Shown: piece after piece, positions 36,871-46,248 of the stretch
Numbering within the stretch: the first letter of the stretch is position 1
Layout of the letters: the number at the start of each line of letters is the position of its first letter
Assembly: GCF_001194135.2 (NCBI RefSeq)
Contig: NC_068981.1
Coordinates: 137,749,566 to 137,795,813 of the forward strand
DNA from: Octopus bimaculoides
Lineage: Eukaryota
Reading direction: 5' to 3'
DNA: 46,248 nt
The notes under the pieces: generated by a model
Told to the model about the DNA's origin: nothing
Database searches by the model: none
The model's input: the letters and a program-made list of their open reading frames with translations, nothing else
Made by a program: the position numbers and the translations under genes

Positions 36871-38090
36871 AAGACGTCGCACAGTATCCAATATCATGAT
36901 GTTGTTGATTGAAAATATTGTGTCTACCGTGGGTTTGTACTGTCTGTCAAATCACAACAAGGACTTCAGACAGACAGAATTTTACGCAATATGCGTGCAG
37001 TTTCAAGTAATGCCGACTTTTGCAATACACCTAAATTGTAGGGTATTTCTAAAGTTTCGAACAAAATGCTCTGATGACAATAGAGACAACCTTTATGTTT
37101 GGCTTTCGTAGTTATCTCATCTTGGCGATCTCAATTTTCAGGTCTCCATATTTATCAATCTTTTCTCTTTCTTTCATGATGATATGTTGATCTCCTGACA
37201 CTACCACGTCAATTATTGGGTACACTTGTTTGTCCCTCCTAAAGGTTACTATATCCAGCCTTCGGTGCTCTAACACCTTGTCTGTCTGGTGATCAAAGTC
37301 CCAGAGGATTTTTGCCTTCTTTTCATTCATTACTTTTTTCCGGTGTGTGTTGGTACCAAGCACCCGTTACCTCCTATTCATACTTCCGGAATAGTAACCA
37401 GTTTTGGGCTATCTTTAGTCTGCGCTGGTACTCTTTTTGAGCAAGACTTTCACAAGCAATAACAATGCGAGTCACGCTTTAAACCCTCTTCCCACACATT
37501 CTACAGAAGTTCGTTTACACTTGTGTGGTATATATCTCTTTTCACTGAGTTGGTATTCAATGCCTGATCCTGGGCAGCGATGATTAAGCTTTCAGTATTC
37601 TTTTTTTAGTTCACGCTTACTGAGCCACCTTCATGATGCTTCCTGGTCTTTTAATTTGTCAGTTTCACGGTGGAACTGACCATATAATTCCATGCGGCGT
37701 AGTGGTTCTTCTCTCTCGTTGACTGTCTTGTTTGCTGTTTACCAAATATTCTGCCATGTTTCTTCTTTCACTGTTGATGATCTCGCGCAGGCTTATCAGT
37801 CCATGTCCACGTTTACCCCTCTTAATGTAGATCCCGTGTACATTCGCTTTAGGGTGGAAGGAACCATACATTGTCATTGTCTTTTGGGTAGTGTGATGGA
37901 GATAGTTAATCTCCGCTTGTAGCTATTTCAGGATGGGTGCACTATAGCGGACTACAGCAACAGCCCATATGTTGATGGCACTCACAAGGTTCCTTGAGTT
38001 GAGTTTTGATTTCAAGAGAAGTTTGAGGCGCTTGAAATATGCATGACCTTGTCTTTCATTTCTCTGTGCCTCCTTGGCACGGCCAAAATA
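36870..38090 (-). mobile_element. R4/Dong-like LINE (family 2) 3' fragment ending in (TAA)n
   Basis: KLLLKSKLNSRNLVSAINIWAVAVVRYSA, HPKANVHGIYIKRGKRGHGLISL, ESLIIAAQDQALNTN, ILWDFDHQTDKVLEHRRLDIV...IIDVVV...KIDKYGDLKIEI and ALLETARILRKILSV*. Confidence 0.85.
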
Positions 38091-38214
38091 ACTAGGAAAT
38101 AACTAGCTGAAAAGAACGGATAGTATGGGACCGTAGGCTGCATGTTGCAAGCCCTCTATGCATGCAAGACTCCAGGAGCTCCAACAAAAATCTGTGATAA
38201 ATGCAAATAATAAT

Positions 38215-38706
38215 AGATAGACGCAAATAGGTCAGACATCATACTGAAAGACTTCAGACAAAAATCATGCCTCCTCATTGATATGACTGTCCCAATCGAT
38301 ATAAACGTATCTGTCAAGACCTACCAAAAACTGAGCAAATATAAAGATCTTGAAATAGAAATTAGCAAAATGTGGAATCTGAAGACGAAAACAATACCTA
38401 TTGTCATAGGTGCCCTGGGAATGACAGCGAAACGGGTTGAATACTACCTAGCTCAGATACCAGGAAACCCCAAAATGGCTGAAGTTCAAAAGATAGTGCT
38501 CATGGGAACTGCCCATATCCTACGTAAAATACTGTCTATGTGATCTCAAATTTTAAAGCAAACACATAATTTTCTTACTGTACAAATCCAAATATATGGT
38601 ACCCTAGGCATAACACCTACATGAACTTCTAACTTGTTGTCTCTTGAGGTCTCTGGGTGAGACTTGGATCCAACTTGTACAAATGCAAAACAAAAGTCAA
38701 ACATAA

Positions 38707-38776
<70 letters not shown>
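38215..38776 (+). mobile_element. R4/Dong-like LINE (family 2-type) RLE domain + 3' UTR + (TAA)n tail
   Basis: IDANRSDIILKDFRQKSCLLIDMTVP...KLSKYKDLEIEISKMW...PIVIGALG...GTAHILRKILSM*. Short (TAA)3 at the 5' junction and a (TAA)n tail at 38708-38776. Confidence 0.9.
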
Positions 38777-38779
<3 letters not shown>

Positions 38780-38784
38780 TCTAA

Positions 38785-38900
38785 TAAGGCACAAGGCTTG
38801 AAATTTATGGGAAGCGGATTAGTCGATTACATCGATCACAATGTTTCATTGGTACTTAATTTATCGATCCCGAAAGGATGAAAGGCAAAGTCGACCACGC
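38785..38900 (-). mobile_element. SINE family B 3' half
   Basis: TTATCGATCCCGAAAGGATGAAAGGCAAAGTCGACC is the reverse complement of the family B body. Confidence 0.75.
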
Positions 38901-38902
38901 AC

Positions 38903-39265
38903 TGGAAAAAAATGTCGAAGATATAAGTCGAAACTGAAATATTTTATTTAATGATTATTTCCGCTCTTTAAATTCTCACATTAGGAATAATTTTGATTTT
39001 GTTTTAACTTAATATACGCGTAAACAAATCAGACGATTGAAAGACAGAATTTTATGAGGGTCAGTCTTATGAAGTGGCAGAAGGAAATAAAGGGAGATTA
39101 ACATGTGTTCAAATCTATCAAAGTTCAAATTATTTATTGTTTGATTATGACTATTTTTTGTATTGAAAGAAAAAAAGTAAAATATTTAATAATGAAGGAA
39201 TTTTAAGCATTAACTATTCGAAAAACTATTTAAGTTTTCACTTATATTTTCGATATCTTTTCCCA
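38903..39265. mobile_element. Old MITE-like element with ~100-bp degenerate TIRs
   Basis: TGGAAAAAAATGTCGAAGATATAAG (38903-38927) versus CTTATATTTTCGATATCTTTTCCCA (39241-39265) is a 21/25 inverted match, with weaker similarity extending inward. Confidence 0.5.
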
Positions 39266-39769
39266 ACAATACAGTTTTTTATGTAAGTAAATACACTCAC
39301 CATACCCCGTGTGCCTTTGTTATTTTGAATTAGCATAATAAAAAGTAAATATAATAAATTTTTCAAATAAAATGGTAAATAAATGTTTTTATAACCATTT
39401 TTCCTCTAATACTTTTCTAAAATAATTGTACTGATGCAGTGTAATAAAACGAGTAAATATGTTATGCTTCTCCCATAAACTCAGTCTTACAACGAATTCC
39501 GTTTTAAAACAAAACCAACCAAACCACACCAACACCCCAACTACTTCTGCCATCCTCCCACCACGAACAACAAGAACAACAGGAAACCATAAAACAACTA
39601 CAGAACTAAAAACGAATAAGACCATGAATAGCCAAACTCATGAACACAAAATTTCACATTTATAAACGTGAGCAATGAAGAAGGAGATGACTTTGAGAGG
39701 ATCACTTAAAAACTTTTTTGTAGATAAACTTTTAGTTAATTTGTTCGCAAGCCATTACTTGACATTGAA

Positions 39770-39920
39770 GTCTGCTGGGCAACAATGCAAAAATTAAAAA
39801 AAAAACTTGTGGAAGAGACGCTCAAAGAGCTTGAAGATGCCGAGATAACCGCGCTTATCCGTTTTACCACAAATATAATGCACCGCCGATCACATTTTTC
39901 TAACATTGCTAAATCAATGA
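39770..39920 (+). mobile_element. Possible very old mariner transposase remnant
   Basis: LLGNNAK..TLKELEDAEITAL / YPFY...APPDHIFLTLLN faintly echoes LLHDNARPH...HPPYSPDLAPSDYHLF. Confidence 0.25.
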
Positions 39921-39959
39921 TCTCAGTTAACAGGTCAGTAGAGTACAGATGAGACAGCC

Positions 39960-41750
39960 ATCAGTGAAATCAGGAATTCCGAGATGCAGGTACTTGCGTT
40001 CATCTTCGATGACTACGATACCATAGTTGTCCAGAATTAAGAGGAGGGTGGCAGTGTTGTTGGAAATGTTCGTTTCAATAAACAAACGATCTTACTGAGA
40101 CAGGATCGTAAGTAACTGGTTCTAGAACTGAGCAGTAGCGAAATCGGTATCTTCAGACTAGTGGCCATCCATGTCATGATAGTAACAGAGCAGCCATATT
40201 ACATCAGGCGTCTAGCTTTCTTTAGAATGCATCCTCTCCTTAGTACTAGTGGGGTCTGGAACAGCATTTTATACGTTGTGATTGCAAAGGTGTAGCGGCT
40301 AGCATACAGCAAAGGGTCTGTAGAAGTCTCATAAATTTGTTCCAACAGTTTCAACGGTCTGATAGATAACGACTGGATTTCCCAAATGTAATAGTCTAGA
40401 CTCTAGAGTCTATACATAAATTAGCTGAATCGTGATTGGATCTAGAAAAGATATTTGTTAAGTTGGCGAACAAAGTTATTGAAAGATGATCACAATTTAA
40501 ATTTGTTGAATACGCAGATCTCAAAATTTGTCATCTGCTTGGTCGACCTAGTTAAAACCCAGTTAGTGGACGTTAGCGCGTCGTTTCCGGCAAACAAAAC
40601 TTATAGTGACTGGCTTTGCGTATTTATTAGACAGTGGTTGACAATAACAATAGTCAACAACGGGTTGTGGTGCGTTGTCATAAGATCGATTAGAATAGTC
40701 AATAAGGTTTAATATAGAAGAAGCGATAGGAAAAATTAAGTAAGCGGTGAAACTAGTTAGAAATTTAGAAGCGATTAAGAAAGGCCTACGAGAACTTCTT
40801 CAACGCAAAACCTGAAGGTTTCATTGCCACATCTAAAGCGTGTGCTCTGAGTGTTCTGAAGTATGAAGGAACGAAAAATAGTTCAATTGGCCCTGGGGCA
40901 GAGGTATAACATAGAAATAAAGCCACAATGCAGTAGGGCGCGGGCCATCGATTCTAGTATTCTTTGTAGATGCTACGGGATAAGTGCATGTCTGCGCATC
41001 ACCAACTACAGTATAAAAGGCCCTCCCTGCAAAGAGTATTGACAACAAATGGACAGCTTGATGAATAGAACATATTGCTTTCAGAAAATCAAAGAAACAA
41101 CGCTCCACTATTGGTCCTATGAAGTCTAGGATAAGGCACGAGGTATGAGCTAGGGACTAGTACAGATTCTAAGGAAACTCAAGAGACATATAGAGGTCAA
41201 TTTTAGGTTAAAAATTCCGATACATATAGTTAAAATATTGGACAAGACCTGCTTCCCACTTTGGCATTTTTGCATTGTAGTTTCGTTGGGCGTGCAAAAC
41301 TTTTCATCATTCTGGGAGTTAGATTTAGAGGGTTGGGCTTTGGACTGTGGCTCGTTGAAAAATCTGCATAAATCCAAAGAATTATGCAAGGTTGAACGTC
41401 TCTATTTGAGGGTTTTCGTATGTCCGACCAGTTTCAGCCTTGTTTTCAAAGAATGAATCAATGCAGTATAGATCTTCATTGGTCGATGGTTAAGATAAAG
41501 AGACAAAGACAGAGCTGTTCGAGTGAAACACACTCGGTATTCAATTCAATAGCGTTACTCTCGTTTCAGGATCTTCGCTTTTACTTCAGGAGCTAAATGC
41601 AGCGAGACTCATCCTACTCGAGAGAAGGCAATTCAGTGAAACAGTATTTGCAAAAGAGGATGGTGTCACCCTTACGGTGACAGATATCTCAGTAGGGATA
41701 CTCGTGCTGTCGTTAGGGATGTGTACTCAGTAACCTTGTCCATTGATGTA
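39960..41750 (-). mobile_element. Possible highly degenerate CR1-like LINE ORF2
   Basis: Faint colinear motifs (PQSKA, PRMMKSFA, PLLTIVIVNHCL..VLFAGND, ILKKARRLM, CYYHDMDGH*SE) in the expected RT order. Weak. Confidence 0.3.
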
Positions 41751-42089
41751 TGGATACTTTTCAAAAACCATTGGCGAAGCCGTCTTAACAACGATGTCAA
41801 TGTCTCAATTTAAACTTCTCATATATCACAGCAGTGGTGCCATCATGACGTGCAACAGATGCCAAGAGAAAAAGGCAAATGTCATTTCTGTACTCAAACA
41901 TTGTTCGCTGATATCGTTGCTGATATGTAGTATAATTTGGCTATCAATCACACATTATAGCTTCTTCCTGTTCCATGCAATGAGACAGTATAACACTATT
42001 TCACATTTTCTGTGAACTCAATAAAATATGAAGCTATATGAATACAGACACTACGAGCACATACAGGCATACATGTATATATATCATAT

Positions 42090-42139
<50 letters not shown>

Positions 42140-42153
42140 CATACAGGCATACA

Positions 42154-42203
<50 letters not shown>

Positions 42204-42374
42204 AGAAATATCATAAAAGGTTACTAATAGGAAAAATCAACGGAAAATGTTCCAGCATTGGGCACGCTGCCAATGACACCACATCGTGTAATGTTTTAAC
42301 TACAAACAACAGTTGTTTCGGTAACTGTTCCTGTCGTGTCTGTCCATCTGTCTATCTTTCTGTCTGTCTATCTG

Positions 42375-42434
<60 letters not shown>

Positions 42435-42979
42435 GATTTCTATTAATACTGATGTTTCTTTTTTATATATATTAACTGCATAAAGAAAAAAGAAAATGCT
42501 GTAAGCAGAGTGAAATATTCATTTTTATTGAACGTTGACATAAATTTCCAAGTTTCGCCAAGTAAGACTCTTCAAACTATTGTCAAGAAACGTAAGTGTT
42601 ATTAAAAATTGAAGAGTTTAGTGTTATAGGCAAGGTGATACTACAAAAGACAACAATGATAATGACTTCCCATTTGGACATTGCACTAGCAGTTGTTGTG
42701 GGGAGGTTGACTAGTACTTTACTTTATCGACCCCGAAAGAATGAAAGGCAAAGTTAACTTCGGCGTGGTTGGAACACAGAAAATAAGATGCCGGAATAGT
42801 ACAGTCTATATGCCAACGAAATCGGAAGATTGTGAGAAATACATTTTATTGGAGGTGAATTGAGTTGTGATCATATTCAAGATGGAAGGTGGATGCAATT
42901 GTATGTGTATATAGGATAGTTTAATCTATATGTTAATTTCTTTGACTCTATATGAACTATAGGGAGCCGACAAAAGAAC

Positions 42980-43420
42980 TCTACCTGTAACAGTATTTGC
43001 CAATGGATTGTAGTTGTCTACATCTGTAACTGTCTACCATTGCTTCAGTTTCTGTAGACGTCCATGTTATGGTCTAATATGCTTGTATTTCCTTTGAGAT
43101 GTCTATCGGAGGGCCTGCCTTGTAATAACGGAAAGAGGTTTCCGTAGGGTGTCTCCCAGCCAACCCCATTTCCTACTTGCTTTTCATAATGTCAATGTCA
43201 TGTCTTACCGCCTTAACACCGTTCACAGACCATTGAGCAACACTAATGATATCAGCATTTCGATGCGAATCATAATGATATATGGGAACAATTTCCCAAT
43301 ATTCAAATGGCTTCCAAACCTCGATGTCAGTGAACTTTTTCTCAACAACAACGTCGTTAACTGTTCCCCAATACATCAAGCGGTCCTTGAAAAAAGGAGA
43401 GATGATAAAGACATCAATTT
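42980..43420 (-). mobile_element. RTE-clade LINE 3' fragment (second family), degenerate
   Basis: RKWGWLGDTLRKPLSVITRQALR*TSQRK matches RKWGWIGHTLRKP..ITRQAL.WNPQGKR. Upstream IRIEMLISLVLLNGL*T resembles KIRIFNSNVKSVLLYGSET. Confidence 0.7.
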
Positions 43421-43799
43421 TAGTCAGAATACTCTGTATACACACACACACACACACANNNNNNNNNNNNNNNNNNNNNNNNNNNNNNNNNNNNNNNNNN
43501 NNNNNNNNNNNNNNNNNNNNNNNNNNNNNNNNNNNNNNNNNNNNNNNNNNNNNNNNNNNNNNNNNNNNNNNNNNNNNNNNNNNNNNNNNNNNNNNNNNNN
43601 NNNNNNNNNNNNNNNNNNNNNNNNNNNNNNNNNNNNNNNNNNNNNNNNNNNNNNNNNNNNNNNNNNNNNNNNNNNNNNNNNNNNNNNNNNNNNNNNNNNN
43701 NNNNNNNNNNNNNNNNNNNNNNNNNNNNNNNNNNNNNNNNNNNNNNNNNNNNNNNNNNNNNNNNNNNNNNNNNNNNNNNNNNNNNNNNNNNNNNTCAAC

Positions 43800-45052
43800 A
43801 TCATCTAGGTATTTGTGCATATGTGTGTGTGTGCAGTATTTGGTGTTAGTGTATGCGCAGATTTGTATGTTTGTTTTATGGATGCGTTTTTATGTCTAGA
43901 TGCATGCATATGTAATTATGTGCTAAATTTTTGGAAAGTTTTACATATCTTTACAGTTCCATTGATGGCTTGAATCTGTAGTCTTCTAATCAGCCTTTTT
44001 CTTTCAGGTTTTGAGAACCCTAATTCTTCCAGGTTTTTGTTGAGGCAGTTCGTTACATATCCCAATGCCCCAACAATCACGGGTATGAATCTGAACTTGT
44101 AGTCTAGGTGGAGTATCTGTAAATTTCTCAGTAGCTCGGCGTAGTTGTTCTCTTTTTCTCTAATCTTTAGTGGGATGTTGACATCCGCAGGACAGGTGAT
44201 TTCTACTACTGTACAGAGTTTCTCTTCTCCGTCCCAGATTACTATATTCGGTCTATTATGTCTGCACTTTATTGAGGCTTTTATTGGGACATTCCACTAA
44301 TACTCTTTCATATTGTGAGTGGTAATGGCCTCTACCTCATTATGGGTTTTCATCTCCTTAGCCCCGGGGTTATCCTGTCGGCGGATTTCATTGTACAGTG
44401 TCTTGGCCACAACATCATGTCTCATAGGTAGGTAATACCGTGATGACATTTTTGGACAGCTGCTAATGATGTGGGTGATATCTTCGATACTGATTCCACA
44501 GAGTCTGCATCGATTATTACATTGTGGCGNNNNNNNNNNNNNNNNNNNNNNNNNNNNNNNNNNNNNNNNNNNNNNNNNNNNNNNNNNNNNNNNNNNNNNN
44601 NNNNNNNNNNNNNNNNNNNNNNNNNNNNNNNNNNNNNNNNNNNNNNNNNNNNNNNNNNNNNNNNNNNNNNNNNNNNNNNNNNNNNNNNNNNNNNNNNNNN
44701 NNNNNNNNNNNNNNNNNNNNNNNNNNNNNNNNNNNNNNNNNNNNNNNNNNNNNNNNNNNNNNNNNNNNNNNNNNNNNNNNNNNNNNNNNNNNNNNNNNNN
44801 NNNNNNNNNNAGATGATGTCGAAGAGATATGACACGGCATTCAAAGGCAGTCTGAATTGATGTTAGGCCCCTCCCTCCTTTATTTCGTTTTAGGTATAGG
44901 CGGTCTACATCGCTATTGATGTGAAAGTTGTTCGTGCTCGTTAGTATTTTTCGGGTCTTCACATCAAGGGCTCGGATTTCATCGATCGTCCAGTCAAGTA
45001 TCCCGAATGTCGGTATGAGTACTGGTACTGCAAACACATTGTGGGCTATTAC
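43800..45052 (-). mobile_element. R4/Dong-like LINE (family 1) 3' fragment with N gap
   Basis: VIAHNVFAVPVLIPTFGILDWT...DVDRLYLKRNKGGRGL, CRLCGISIEDITHIISSC, RHDVVAK, HNRPNIVIWD...VEITCP and YKFRFIPVIVGALG...FQKFST*. The 5' junction abuts (TATG)n from 45053. Confidence 0.9.
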
Positions 45053-45556
45053 TGTATGTATGTATGTATGTATGTATGTATGTATGTATGTATGTATGTG
45101 TGTGTGTGTGTGTGCGCGTGTGTATTTATGTATGTATGTATGTATGTATGTTTGTATGCATATTAATGGCCATTTTTACATTGAGTTACAATAAAAACAA
45201 TTTTAGATTAAGCTGAAAAATTACTCAATAGTATTTGTAGAGTTTGTTATATTTTTATCAGAAGAACAGTGACATTGATTTCGAAGTCTCGAGAGTCCGC
45301 TGAAGGCTTAGGCCGCCACTGTCATCACTTTTCTTGCAAATTATTATGTAGAGTGTGTGAGTATATGTGTGTGTCTTGCGTAATGGGTTCACTTCGCACC
45401 TCATGTTACTTAAAGCTATATCGACGTGAAACAAACATGCCTAGCTCATGTTTACAAAGCCTTCAGTAACACGAGGAGCTATGTAAACATAGTACTCACT
45501 AAATACAATTCCGACTATAAGTGTTGAGTTCTACTTCCGTTCGTTTCCATATTCAC

Positions 45557-45597
<41 letters not shown>

Positions 45598-45693
45598 NNN
45601 NNNNNNNNNNNNNNNNNNNNNNNNNNNNNNNNNNNNNNNNNNNNNNNNNNNNNNNNNNNNNNNNNNNNNNNNNNNNNNNNNNNNNNNNNNNNN

Positions 45694-45757
<64 letters not shown>

Positions 45758-46248
45758 TATGCGAATGTCCAATGGCTGAAGGATTATTTTGCATTTGCTA
45801 AACTATGTATTTCATGATTTTCTTTATGATTAACTCCTATCTATTCCAAACGTATATTTATTACATTCAAGACTGACTCGATGCATCTGCATACGACTAA
45901 AGTGTTTAAATATGCAGTGCTTTAATTTATTATTCAACAAACTACTTGAATCAACAAAGATACGTTTCGTTAACAAGAATAAGTCACTATATTTCAATCA
46001 TTTACAATACAATCATTTACAATACAATCTCACTTCGAAACCAGTTATCTATATAAAATGATAAGTAAATTCTATCCGAGTTCATTAGAACGGGGAAATG
46101 ATTTTACTCCCAAAATCAGTCACTCTTCAGGTCAAATCCCTAAGAAATACCTAAAATCATTCAAGGAGTAAGCATAAACATGAGAAATAAAAATATAAGA
46201 AATAAAAATATGTACGGTTAGAATAAATTTTTATTCCCTAATATTATT

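Noticed and set aside
43173-43440. Protein-looking minus-strand ORF (…DRLMYWGTVNDVVVEKKF…)
   Set aside because: Overlapping frames carry RTE ORF2 motifs; it is a degenerate LINE, not a host exon.

Overview
Eukaryotic, AT-rich, microsatellite-saturated, gap-riddled short-read scaffold. The tRNA-derived SINE families and repeat style suggest an octopus genome (inference, not verified by search). No intact host protein-coding gene, rRNA, true tRNA gene or CRISPR array is supportable. Most ORFs in the six-frame track are translations of microsatellites or N runs. The window is a graveyard of retroelement fragments: two R4/Dong-type RLE LINE families, a HERO-like LINE 3' end, two RTE fragments, a Tx1/L1 fragment, Penelope GIY-YIG remnants and a possible old CR1. 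It also holds a D,D34D mariner, several foldback/MITE elements and more than 20 SINE pieces. Most notable observation: on the minus strand at 22237-22306, inside a directly repeated ~790-bp non-coding element, all hammerhead-ribozyme core motifs (GUC, GAAAC, CUGAUGA) occur with correctly registered helices. Their strand order is not a circular permutation of the canonical hammerhead. Second: three independent 5' junctions of one R4/Dong family sit in (CATA)n, while two copies of the other family end in (TAA)n, suggesting microsatellite-targeted LINEs.
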